64,000 nt of DNA from Podarcis liolepis (Eukaryota): NCBI GenBank assembly GCA_965112155.1, contig OZ218103.1; one strand, 5' to 3'. The position numbers were made by a program, and so were the translations under genes. The notes beneath the pieces are model-generated. The model was not told the origin of the DNA, made no database searches, and was given only the letters and a program-made list of their open reading frames with translations. Shown in pieces: positions 11,821 to 24,260 of this stretch (its first letter is position 1; each line of letters starts with the position of its first letter).

Positions 11821-14244
11821 AGCAGCATCTGCTTTACATGTGAAAGGTCCTGGGTTCAGTTTACAGCATTTGCCAGTAGGACAGGGGGAAATCCCCTTTC
11901 TAAAAGCCTAGGGAGCCACAGCCAGTCAGTGTATACTGTTGCACGCCATCCCAATCTCCGAACGGTGTGAGATTCCAGGGGTTCCAGGTGCTTACCCAAG
12001 GTTCAGTTTCCCTGGAATGAGGGACAGTGGAGACTGTGGCATCTTTATGATATACAGTTTATTTACACAGATATACAATAAGATGGAGGGGCTCGCAGCA
12101 TTAACACCCCAGCAGGTCTTGCTTCTCCAATAGCCACAGCTTTAGATCCCAGCAGAAATCAGGCATGGCTCTGCCTCTCAGCTGTCCAGCCTGCTTTTTG
12201 TCGTTCTTTTTGTCTTTTACTTTTTGTCTCTTGCCTTTTGTCTTTCTAATAGACAGTTGAGGCACAGAGCCATTTCTGTTGTTGCCATACTTTTGGACCA
12301 ATTCTTTTGGAGCCATTATGGCCCTTGCCTGGCTCTCTACTCTCTGCATGTTTATCTGGTGCGTGAAGGGGCTGTACTGAATGCAAGTATTGCAAGAGTG
12401 TGTACCTGCTGTGTCAACAGCACCGTGTGGCCTCACATCTCCACCCCCCTTAAAAAAAAAGATATTTCAGTTCACTGTGGTGGGTGTTCAGTATGCTGCC
12501 TTGGTATTTCTTATAAATGAAAGGTAGTGCAGACATGCTTTTAATAAATGCAAATAAATAGCTACCTGCCCAACTGCCGGCAACGGAGAGCTGGACTTGT
12601 GCTTTGAAAGTGAATAGCAGTTTGATATACTGGCTGTTGGTCTCTCGTAATATGACACGGAGCAATAGTTTTTGATTGTCTGATGTTTCAGCTGTGCCTC
12701 TAATTGTGCTCAGCCTCTAATTGTGCTCAGCCTGTATATTTGCAAAGAAATGCAAATTTTACAAAACACCAATAAGCTTCAGTTAGCCTCTTTTCCAGTC
12801 CTCTGTTTTACCTTTCTATGTGGTTTCTGGGAAGGAGCAAGAGCTTTCTCCATCTTCCTCAGACTAGGTGGCTGCATTTCCTGTAACTGAAATTTGCTCC
12901 GCCCATTCACATACAGTACCTTCCAGTTTTTCACAGATACAGCAGATGCTTATTTGTGCGTATAAGGGTGATTCTCACACCGAGGACCACTGCCTAAAAG
13001 GTGGGCGAGGGGAGCACACAAACACAAACACGCCTCCTTTTCTGACTCATTTACTCTGCGATTGCTGCTGCTGCTGAAACAGGATGTGTTCATAAACTGA
13101 CCACAACTGTTTTCTTTTTTTCTTCTTTTTCCTTTTTTAAACTTCAGAATCATTCCTTCTATTGCTGGTGTTCAGTCTGGAAGTTCCATTGCTCAAAATG
13201 GCACCACCCACAGACAAGAGGGGGGTATAGGCAGACCTGGGGGAACTCCACGTTTACCAAGTAGAACAAATATTTAGAGGGGAGATTAAGGGTAGGGGGA
13301 CCAGACCAATGTGGACTGTGCATGCTCAATGGCTGCAGCACACTGAGTGTGTGGGAGCAGAGAGGAAAATGGGGGCAGGGAGAGTGGAATCGAGTGACTG
13401 GAATCCTGGACAGCAGCATTCCACACTATAAAATTTTGCTACAGGTTTCACTTGTGTTTAACCAAATTTTCAGCTTTACTACAGATCAGACTGTTGTGGT
13501 ATGTGTGTGTTTAATATCTGCAACATGTTCAGCAATATTTACTAACTGTTTAGGTTGTTCAATAGGGAGAGGATTTGAAGGGACGCAGGGCATCCTTAAG
13601 AATTTTAGCAAACATGTGGGCAAGCAGTTTAAAAGTGTTCCCAGCATCTCACAAAAAGACAAACTATCATCACAATGAAAATAGCGTTTTTACCAAGGAC
13701 AGGTCCCAGAAAGTAGTACCTACTGCCCATGGTAACTAGGGACGATTGGAATGTATGAATGCCTGGGAAATGAAGATTCCTTTTCAGCTTTCTAACTATT
13801 TTTGGATGGTCTCAGTTTGATTGTATTGACCTGAATCTTTGAGCAAAGAGTCCCCTTCCGCCTGAGTGTTCTTGGAAGGACAGGGCCTTGCTGAAAGCGG
13901 GAGAAGGGATCCGTTGTGACTGATGGAGCTGCATCTCAGTGATGGGTTTTGACAGCCAGCCCCACTTAAAGGGACTGCTTGTGTTTGCCTTGCTAGGCTC
14001 CTGTGTGGGCCTTTTTTGTTGGAGTAGTTAAGTGAAAGGCAGCTCACACTCTGAATAAGCCGCTCATTCTCCCTGTGAAGTCTGAGGACCTTTTCAGCAG
14101 TTTGGCAAAGGCAGAGCTTGTAAGCAGCATATTGACAAGATCTCGTCTACAGCTTTCCATGGCAAGGGTTCCCTGAACGATAGCATAACTTGCACCTTTG
14201 GGATGTCACTGTCTCATTTACACTACAGTAGAGCAGTATCTCAG

Positions 14245-14390
14245 CAGTGGCGTAGCGTGAGGGGTGCAGGGGGGTCCGGCCGCACCGGGCGCAACATCTG
14301 GGGGTTAGGGTTAGGGGCGCAAATCCACGGGTTAGGGGGCGCAAATTACTTGCCTTGCCCCGGGTGCTGACAACCCACGCTACGCCACTG
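14245..14390 (+). mobile_element. hAT MITE, family B
   Basis: TIR CAGTGGCGTAGCGTG...CACGCTACGCCACTG with a perfect 8-bp TSD TATCTCAG. Confidence 0.93.
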
Positions 14391-15452
14391 TATCTCAGTG
14401 TAGAGTTTGAAAGGACCTTAGTGCAGTGTGACAAACACTGGCACATTGTTAGAAAGAATATTAGTGGAGTGTTACAAATAGTAATGTTTTGAGAGAATTC
14501 AGGTTTGCAACCAAGATATTCTGGGTGGCATTCGGAACAGACCAGATGGGTGGTATTCAATGTCACTCTCTTGCAGTTGTTCCATTTTCACAAGCATTGC
14601 AGCTTGCCAGATGAAACGATCTTCCCTCTGCCCCTCATTTTCTGTTCCAGGGGTTCTCCTGACCCACCCCATTTTTGTAGGGAATGGGGGGTGCACAGGG
14701 AGGGGGTAACTCTGTTGCTCAAGCAGAAGTCCTTGTGCAGGGCTTCCACTGATTGGGCTGTTTAGGTTAATCCCGCCCATCAAAATTAATGAACATGACT
14801 TAGGGTGATAAATTTCAGTGGGTCTACTCTAAGTAAAACTTAGTTGAATACCACCCACTGTTCCGATATACGCAAGTGAACTGGGACTTTATTCAGACTG
14901 TTTTGGGGAGTTCAGTAATCTGTAGCATCATAGGGGCATAGTAGAAGTCTTGCCTTGAGGCACAGAAAAGATAAGTCCTCAACAGCAGAGCTCTGCCCAG
15001 GCAGGCCAGCAAGACTACATATGATTCAGAAGTATGTGGCTCAATCACAACAGTTGTCCTGTTGGGTATTCATTTTTGTAGAGTGGGAGGTCACCTCCAT
15101 TTTGTGTATCTTTGAGAAGCCTTTGCTGTGGCTCAGAATAGCCTCCAGCCAAAGAGGGTTCCTGTAACTACTACAGAACTACGCTTGTGTTGAAAAAAGA
15201 GGCTGCCAGAGGATGACACCCTTCCCTCACACAAATGAGGTTCAACTCTACTACAGTGCAAATGAGTACAGAGTTGTGAGGCGGGTGTCCCTCAGCTGCA
15301 GCTGCAAATCGCACAGCAACACAAAGCTCTGTGTTGTGTGGCCTTGCAAAAGCGTTGGCTATTGTCTCTTTCTCTCTTCCATGAAGGAAAACAGGGTTGC
15401 TTCCTCAGCCTGCACCCTGGCCTCCTCTCCCTTCAGCTTCATTGGAGGAGGC

Positions 15453-15454
<2 letters not shown>

Positions 15455-15510
<56 letters not shown>
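15455..15510. repeat. (CT)n microsatellite (similar tracts at 7418-7478 with (CA)n, 17002-17053, 21826-21871 with (TA)n, and 29996-30036)
   Basis: Seen directly. Confidence 0.95.
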
Positions 15511-15511
<1 letters not shown>

Positions 15512-16780
15512 GTCTCCCTCTCGACTTTGTGATTGTTTGAGGACTTGAACTTCCCTAGCAAAGAGATTGCCTTCCCTCCACACTGTATGTTTCGTTAGAC
15601 ATTTTCTCCCTCTTAAAGGAGTGATTGGCCAACCGACACCAAAACTCTGGATTGAAGGGAAGCCATCGCCTCCATAGTTAGGGAATTATTCTGAATTATT
15701 CTGGCCTGAAATAAATTATATTCTAGGGTTAGTATCTGCCTTTTAGAAAATGTGTTTGTGGGTCTGCCATTCTAGTGATAAATAGAGCAGTTAAGTGTTT
15801 GGTAACATCACTTAGTTCAAGATGAGGTGACTTAACTTTTGGTTCCTTGCCCAAGGAAAAAGAGCTTTTCTTGAAAGCAACATGAATGGGATATTTATAA
15901 AGCAATGGGCTGATTTAAACATTTTGGAAACAGCTTACAAGCATCATGCAGGGAGACAATCATCTCATGTTCCATGGCCAGAGAAAATGCAACTCCTCAC
16001 TAAATGGATGTCAAAATATGAGTGCATGTAAAGGAACTGTCAGCTTATTTTCTATGTGTAGCCTAGGGGTGTGTACAAACATATATGCAAGCAAATCAGA
16101 ACTTACCACAATTCTTTCTTTGACATCTCATGCCTGGATTCCTGCTTCTAAGGTGGCACATTTAACAGGTACACTGGCCAACAACACTGATTTATTTGTC
16201 TGCCTTGCCCTTCCTGTGCCATGCTTCAGCTAGGTTGTTCAATTTATTTATTTTTAAAGCACTGTGGATACATTTATTGAATTAAATGTACTTTCCCCTG
16301 TGTTGTTTTTTTAAAAAAAAAAAACCAAAAACAAATCATAGAATCATTTTTACATGTTTGAATGCTGCTTTAGGAATAAGGAGGGAGTGGGCTAGTGATG
16401 TCACCAGTTTTTAGCCAATCGGTATTGTGCACAGCCAGCTTCTGCCATAAACACACACAACTAGTTTCCCCTGAGTTCAGTTAATGAGAAAAGTTTAGAT
16501 TCTAAATGAAAAAAAGCAAACAAACTAGAGAGCATTTCTGAGGTTATACATCAAAATGTCTGTATTCATCCTTGTTAGCACAGGAATGTTAATAGTTTTG
16601 GACAGAGACAAATGTGTGTAAATGCCAATAGCAATCTTTATACTGTAGTGTAGCATGTGAATTTGGACTCATCTGCTCTGGGAGTTTCCAAGGAGAAAGA
16701 AGAAGTTGTTTGCAGATTTTCTGTGCTCACCAACCCTTCCTTTAGCTATTAACCTTTTGAATTTCGTTTTGCTTTTCCAG

Positions 16781-16883
16781 TTGGCAGGCTCAGCTGTCGT
16801 CGCATTTGGGCTATGGCTGCGGTTTGGAAACGTATTAAGAGATTTAGCGACTGACAAGACCTCTCCAGAATACATTTACATGG
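16781..16883 (+). CDS. TSPAN2: Tetraspanin-2 coding exon 2 (end of TM1 and small extracellular loop)
   Basis: Acceptor ttttccag| and donor |gtaagt. 103 nt encoding LAGSAVVAFGLWLRFGNVLRDLATDKTSPEYIYM(G), matching my recall of mammalian TSPAN2 LAGSAVIAFGLWFRFG...KSPEYFY. Confidence 0.96.
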
Positions 16884-17001
16884 GTAAGTTCTGTGTAAAT
16901 ACTGACTGTGTAAAGATAAGTTTTCTGCAACCTTCAGACCAAGAAACTGGGTACCTGAATGGCATATTCTTCCACAACACACTAGTGGCACCCTCTGACA
17001 T

Positions 17002-17056
<55 letters not shown>

Positions 17057-19198
17057 CCCCCCCCTCCTCTTAGTGCACACATTTACATCCTGCTCTCGCT
17101 GAGCAGCAGTAGGAACAGAAGAGGGAAAGTCTGGGAAGGTTGGCTCTTTAGGGTTAAGAAACAAACATCTGTGCAATGTCAAACACACAGCATAGTAGAA
17201 ACAACGTTTACGATCACAGGGGTTTTCTATGCTAGCAATCCCTTGCTGGCAGATAAAAAATCCAAATTATATTACTGTAAGTACTACAACTTAGACAGTT
17301 TGCAAATGTTTGCTTCAAGCTCCGTGATGTTCATTGTGAAGGGACCCATGGTATTTCTCTTTTTTTTTAAATGTATTTTTATTAAATATTTTCTTGATTT
17401 CATCTCGCCACTGCCCCCCTCCCCACCACCACCTGAAGAATAGAGGGTGTAGCCTGAAGTGGAACACCAGTGCATGAGGAGAAGGGCTTCTTAACCCTTT
17501 CCCTTCACACAATATTTCAATTGAACCTCCCGCCCTGCCCCCCCCCAGCTGCTTTTACCCCACAAAATAGAAAATATAGGGGCACTCAATGTGTTTTTTT
17601 ATATGCCTATAGCTTTCTCTTAGGACAGGGTGCAGAACTTTTCTCTGCAAAGGCCACACTTCCTTTCAGCAATTTGTCAGGGGCCACACATCAGCGCTGG
17701 GTGGACCTGAAGCCAGTGATAGGAGGAACCAAAGCTAAAAAGTGGGCAGCCACCCACCTTCGCCACTCACTTCCTGCCATCTCCTTTTCTCTCCCATGCC
17801 CATCTGCCTGCCTGTCTAGTGGCCTGCTGAGGAACTGAGAGAGATCTCTCCCTTGCTAGAGATCCAGGCTCATTGCTGACAGGGGTTTTTTCACTTCTTC
17901 ACTTTCCATTGCTCCTTACTTTGTCAGATTTCCCCTCCCATTTTCCCCACATGAAATTAGGCTGTGTAAAATTAGGTCCTCAGTTTCTTACCGCATTTTA
18001 GGATTAGCCAAAGGTCAGACTCGGGAGGAAGGAACTGTTATCTTTCTCCTCACCCTATTTGTAGCAGATGGTGACTATGGGCTTATCCCCACCTCTGTTC
18101 GACCCTCCATTTCCCCCAGGAAAACCCGTGCTTTAGTGCTGAATCGGAACAATGGGCAATTTGGTTTTCTGCGGATTGCTGTTTGCTCCAGTTTAGCACC
18201 AAAGAGCTGGTTTTCTAGGGGGAAGAAGCAGCACAAAGGCAAAACCTCTCGGACCCATGCATAGAAAGCATGGGACAAGCAGAAAACCACTTGGGCCTCT
18301 GTTTTCTAGGATAAGCAGAAGTGTGGGGCGATTCCTAAGTTGAGCTCTGTTTGATTGAGCCGAGTCTGAGATAGGGAGGACCTGTTGGAGTTTTTAAAAC
18401 TTTTAAACAGTTGATTAATTTTTCTATTTAAAACCCCCACAAATAACTTTAAGAAAAAGAATGTTCCTGCTGTGTTCAAGCCAATAAAAGATGGGCAGCT
18501 TTTTGAACAGAGCAGGAGGGGAAAGACAAGCTAGTAAACTGCCATTCAGTTTGCTAATTAGCATATCCACCCAATGGGTTGCCAAGGCAAGAGGAATCCA
18601 TGCAGAGACCCCGTGTCTTACATTGTGGATTTGAATGTGAAGTGATCCACATGAGTAACATCCAGAAAGCACAGTCACAATACGTGGGCTGTGCCAAAAA
18701 GGCATTTGAATCCAGTTATTTTAGGGTTTTTTCCATTTGATGTGGATCTTGTGACAAAATTTTATTGTTCACGCTTGTTTCATCCTTATCCAGTCCCACA
18801 TGTGTAGGAAGGAAGGAAAGCACAAGCTTGCTTGCCTGGCTGGCTGTGTTAACTGTCAGGGCAAGAGAAATACTGGCAAAGCTGAACTTGTGACAAGGCT
18901 GAAGTATCACAGAGCCTCTGTTATTCCTCCCGAGGGCTGACATCTCTCCAGAGAGCTTTAAGTGTATCTCACAGAGTGAGGAGCTGGCCCAGAGCCCGGT
19001 GTTTCAAGCACAAAGAACCATCAGACCTGAAGAAGTACACAAGCCAGAATGTAGAGTGATTGGCACCCATTTTGTATCCCCTTGGGGATACAATTGTTCA
19101 GCAAGGTTTTAGTCAAAGGGGGAAATAAGAACTGGATTCATTAGAAAATCTTTCTTCATGGAACTGTTAATTCATCCAAGAATCAAAATGCCTTCCAA

Positions 19199-19339
19199 CA
19201 GTGGCGTAGCGTGGGTTGTCAGCACCCAGGGCAAGGCAAGTAATTTGCGCCCCCTAACCCGTGGATTTACGCCCCCTAACCCCCAGATGTTGCGGCCGGT
19301 GCGGCCGGCCCCCCCTGCACCCCCCACGCTACGCCACTG
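19199..19339 (-). mobile_element. hAT MITE, family B (inverted)
   Basis: Reverse complement of 14245-14390 with a perfect 8-bp TSD CCTTCCAA. Confidence 0.93.
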
Positions 19340-19690
19340 CCTTCCAATCTGGACTGTTAATGCAGTCAACAGGAGAGGCCCTGCTTGTGGTTCCACTGGT
19401 GGTGGCGGTGAGGTTTGTTGCACATGACAGGGCATTCTTGGTGTTGGCACCTTACCTGTGAAATCAGGTTGTCCCCACTCTAGTTCAACAACACAATTTG
19501 AAAACGAATGACTGGTGTTGTGACAGTATTATCTGCTGCTATTGTTATTGATGAGTATTTATTTGGTGTTTTGATGCATTGTCTTATGTCGTTAGCCACC
19601 CTGTGCTCTTGTTTTGGGAGTAAGTATGGGAAATAAAAATGACAATCTGAGAAATGCACAAATTAATGTAGGGCTCCTTTTCACCAGGTA

Positions 19691-21012
19691 GGGGGGAGGC
19701 GGGGCACATTGACGCACGGGGCACATTGATATACCAACAATATTTCAATATTGAGAAATGTTATTTGTGTCGTGACATCACTAAAACGTGTCTATACATG
19801 TGTGAGTACAACAGTTGTGACTGTGCCACCCGTTAGCCATTGGCGTTTGACAAGGGTAGGTGTGTTTTTAGCACGGCTAGCTAAAAAATTACGTGAAATG
19901 TAAAAGTGTTCCAACACTGTTTTACATCATTTACGTAGTTAAGATTTTAAAATACCAAAGGTAAGTTATTCCACTCAGTAATCAGGATTACACGTGATTT
20001 TTAAATAAGTTCTGTGGTTTTATTAATAGTTGTTAGTATTTTTGAAACTGTCTGTTGGGGCATTTTGATACACTAAGACACGGGGCACGTTGATACATAT
20101 AAAAGTGCCCCGCTAGTGTACAATAGTGGCCCAATATACAAGTTTGCATGAAATCTCTAAACTCATTAAATTTGAAACGGAAAAAAAACTGTTGTTTACT
20201 ACGCGGCCAAAGTCATTTCTAAATATAATATGACTGAATATCAAGTGTCATATCTCAGGAAAAAACCAGGATCTTGTATGTTTGTCTTCCCCGTTGTAGA
20301 AGATAAGGCAAGTGGATGTTGTTTTGCCGTTGCCAAAACCAAATTTCCCAAAGGGCACAACTCGAACATCATCTCTTTATACTTTTTCTATTGACTTAAG
20401 TGGATATAATGTGCAATAGAAGCTAAATGTTAAGTAATTATCTTATTTTTATAAGCATTTTGTTTAAATCACTGTTTTTTTACTAACTAACGTGAGTTCT
20501 TATACTTTTTAAGTTTTTACAAAGTTTTTTTTTATGGATAGGTGTTTGAGGAAAGATTAATATGTTTTGATGTTTTGTTAAGAAAACCTGTCATAAAGTC
20601 TATGATATGTGTGAAACACTGTTAGTTTTGATACGTAATTTAGATTTTAAGTAACAAATTGTAAGGCTGATTATTATCTCTCACAATAAAAATTGGTTTT
20701 TCATTAATTTTTTGCAAATAATTACCATTCTCATACAATTTACGCTTTGTATCAAAGTGCCCCGTCCAATGTATCAAAGTGCCCCGTAGGTGGGGCAGAA
20801 TGATACAAAACCCTTTTTTCTTTTCTTTTTTACTGAAGTCATTACATTCTCACTATCTTCTAACTTTATTGGTTCTTTTGATTGCTATTATAATATTGAT
20901 TAGTTATGCCATGCATCAAGCCAAATTTTTTATTATTTTATTATTTGACTCATTTTTTGTTACATGAAATATGAGATTAATTTTTTCCGTATCAATCTGC
21001 CCCACTTCCCCC
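19691..21012 (+). mobile_element. Internally deleted pogo/Fot1-like (Tc1/mariner superfamily) DNA transposon with a transposase C-terminal remnant
   Basis: TA on both sides (19689-90, 21013-14). Imperfect TIRs: GGGGGGAGGCGGGGCACATTGA and (reverse complement) GGGGGAAGTGGGGCAGATTGA. About 9 copies of a GGGGCAnnTTGATA-like motif. Frameshifted peptide at 20162-20419. Confidence 0.85.
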
Positions 21013-21175
21013 TATATAAAATGAGTTTAAGGCTTCAATCACATACCCACCTACCTAGGAGTAGGCCCCACTGAACTCCTTGTTACTTGCTTTTGAGCAG
21101 ACATCTTTAGGGTTATGCTGTTAGCCTGCATTTCTGTTGATATTTTGGAACCACACCCTTATGTGTCTGTTAGTA

Positions 21176-21412
21176 CATGGGTAGGCAAACTAATCTGGCC
21201 CAATCGCCTTCTAAATCCGGCCCGCGGACAGTCCGGGAATCAGCATGTTTTTACTTGAGTTGAATGTGTCCTTTTATTCAAAATGCATCTCTGGGTTATT
21301 TGTGGGGCATAGGAATACGTTCATCCCCCCCCAAAAAAAATATAGTCCGGCCCCCCACAAGGTCTGAGGGACAGTAGACCAGCCCCCTGCTGAAAAAGTT
21401 TGCTGACCCCTG
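21176..21412. mobile_element. hAT (Charlie-like) MITE
   Basis: CATGGGTAGGCAAACT...AGTTTGCTGACCCCTG with a perfect 8-bp TSD TGTTAGTA. Confidence 0.88.
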
Positions 21413-21819
21413 TGTTAGTATATCCCAAATCTGACCTCAATGTGTAAGCGGGGGGGGGGGTAGAGAGAGAGAGAGCTGTGTTTCAAGTAACATTTGCTAT
21501 GGGAATTTGAGGCAGACCATGTTCATTTGAACTAACCTTCAGATAATCCTAGAGGTTCTTATATTTGTCCTATGTCCCATGGATCTGTTAATGTAAACAA
21601 GTGGATCATTTCCTAGCTTTGCAGCTTGACAATACAGAGAAGCATATTGCAGTTTGAATAAAATTCCCTCCAGTTTCACAGGAGCTTGGCAGTAGCATTC
21701 AGTGTGGTACAGTGAATCAGTATTTATGGTATGATCAGATCTGGTTCAGCTCCTGCTGAAATTTTTGCTCAAAAATTATGGTGTATTAGAGGACAAGCAA
21801 AACAAGATTCATTTTCAAT

Positions 21820-21870
<51 letters not shown>

Positions 21871-23384
21871 TATTATAACAATTTTCAAATGCCTCCTGTG
21901 AAAAATGCTATTTGGAATTCTTAAAAACTTTTTAACTTTAACTGACAATGACATAAGACCTTGAGAACAATATCCTGATATTTATAAATAAAACATTTTT
22001 TTTAATGTTACTAGCCCCCAACACCAATAATATCATTAATATATTTCCAGGGATTGTGAACAACACAACACAAATTCATATTTTGTATATGTGTATGTTT
22101 CATCTTCATTTCCATTCAGTATCTTTTCTTTGATACTTCATTGTTGTATGTTATCGAAATATATGCTGTTGCTTAAATAAATGGATATCAAAAGAAAAAT
22201 AAGTAGGAAAAGATACCCAGGATTGGGGAAGTAAGAAACTTACTATTTTAAGTTTTATCCAATTGGAGGCCTTTAGATCACAATGTTATCAAGTCGAATG
22301 CCCATGTTTCTCAGTTACTATTCCTTATTAAACTACTTTTTTTTCATGTCCCTCAGTCAGAGACTCTGGAGGTAGCTGAGGACTTATTAAAACAATAAAG
22401 TGATAAAAATTTAAAACCGGATAAAAGCCACCCTAAATAATAAAAGAGATTTTTATTGCAGCAGTGGCAGTGAAAATCAGCAATAAAATCATATTCCATT
22501 AAACTTTAGAGAGGTTTTCAGCTGTCTCCCAAAAGCAGTAAGGGCGGGCGCCTGACAAATTGAAATGGGTAGTGCATTCCCCAAGGGAGTGTTGCCAGTT
22601 CAATTTTGATAAGATTTCTCAGTAGGAAGAGGGAAAGAAAAAAAATTATACAATCTAAAGAGAAACCAGAGTACAGAAAGAGATATAATCTTTTCAGAAT
22701 TTCTGTTACTTTTGGTAGAATACCCATTCATGAAGGGTATAGAAGAGTCAGAGAAGTTAGAAAAAAGAAAGACATTTTCCCCTCCAGCAGGGGGGCCAAC
22801 TTGAATAAAATATTGGGGGGGCAGGTAAGCCCCCACTGATATGCACACCATTTGAATGGCAATGCCCATTAACATGGGGGAGGCCCCCTCAAGTATTGGA
22901 GGAACAAAAGGGACCTCCGCCCTTTCGAGTTGGCTCCTCTGCCCCTCCCCTTGACCCATTTTTTGTTAGTCATGTTATATTATTTATATGTGTGCAATTT
23001 TGCAACAAGAAAATAAAGATATATTAAAAAACAAAGAATGACGTTTTGATTTATAGAGTGCCCAACTGCCTTTGTAAAGGACTCAGTAGGTAAACAAGCA
23101 GTCATGTCTCCCAGATGGGAAATGGTACTTCTCAAATGGGTCTGATATATTTAGTCAGGCACAGAGACAGTAATAGTGTGTCTTATGTGGTAGGGGATCT
23201 GCTTCCTGGTCAGAAGCCCACACAGTAGAAGTTGCTCCCAGTAACAGTCACCACACAGAAGCAGGGAAAGGTTGCAGAAGATAAGACTTAGCAAAACAGT
23301 TCTTGAAGTAGATCTATACAGCTTGTAGGCTTTTGCAGCTACAGATTTATACAGAAGTATAAAGTATCTCCATCACTCTAAATA

Positions 23385-23607
23385 CAGTGGTACCTTGGTT
23401 TGCATATGTTTTGGATTACAAACATGTCAAACCCAGAAGTATGTGTCGCGGTTTGCAACCTTTTCTAGGATTACAACCCATTCTTTTGGATTACGAACAA
23501 ATTTTTTTAGAGGCCCCATTCGCGAAACTGCGCCTTGGGTTACAGCCTGTTTTGGTTTACAAACAGACCTCCGGAATGGATTATGGTTGTAAACCAAGGT
23601 ACCACTG
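23385..23607. mobile_element. Tc1/mariner MITE, related subfamily
   Basis: TIR CAGTGGTACCTTGGTTT...AAACCAAGGTACCACTG with TA TSD. Internal sequence differs from family A. Confidence 0.88.
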
Positions 23608-24260
23608 TAAGTTCAGCTATTCAATATGTAATGCTGGACAAGTAACAATGACTATCGGTCAGATTAACCAGACTGACAGCATGGAGCTAACATGCATTAA
23701 CCACAGATATAGTGAGGGCACTAGGCCGTCACCATAGCAACTGGGTTTGCTGAACTTGCACCTCCAATGAGCTCATCCATGGGATGATTTACGCTCATGG
23801 AGGAAATTGACCACTTCTCATTTCCAGGGATCTCATTCCAGCACTTTCCAGGTTTGACTCCCATGCTCTCTAGGCAGGACTGGGAAACATTCTTTGAAAT
23901 GCTGGAGAGTTCCTTCCAGTCAGTGTAGACTCATTGCTTTGACTCAGTATGAGACAGCTTCCTATGAACCTATGTTGTTAGATCCCTATTTAATTGTGCT
24001 GTGGAAAATAATAAAAATTGGTTTGTAGGATGCTGTTCAATAGCACACCAACTGGTGGACATTTGGCAAAAAAGCATCATTGCACATGTGAGCAACCTTG
24101 GGAACGTTTCTCTGTCAAAAACAATTATGTAAAATTACCCTTACAATTCCACAGGACAACTACAGCATTCGATGATGATGTTCCTAGATGCCCAGATAAG
24201 TGTGGCTGGTGCAAGGCCTTAAAGTAGATTAGATTAGTTTACAATTTAGATTAAAACTTT

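Noticed and set aside
11936-12135. Possible minus-strand LTR fragment interrupting a SINE
   Set aside because: It has a TGTTG end and TTTATT, but I could not find the second terminus or a TSD.
12697-12733. 17-bp tandem duplication CTCTAATTGTGCTCAGC x2
   Set aside because: An ordinary slippage duplication with no sign of function.
1-16780. Search for TSPAN2 exon 1
   Set aside because: I found no segment encoding the expected N-terminus ending in FW followed by a GT donor. It probably lies upstream of the window.
16706-17443. 245-aa ORF containing a tetraspanin segment
   Set aside because: Only 16781-16883 is exonic. The rest is read-through into introns, including a (CT)n tract, and the listed start codon is not ATG.
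21870-23035. Possible L1/Tx1 3' fragments in opposite orientations
   Set aside because: Only AT-rich, tail-like composition is visible. I could not establish a convincing peptide or boundaries.
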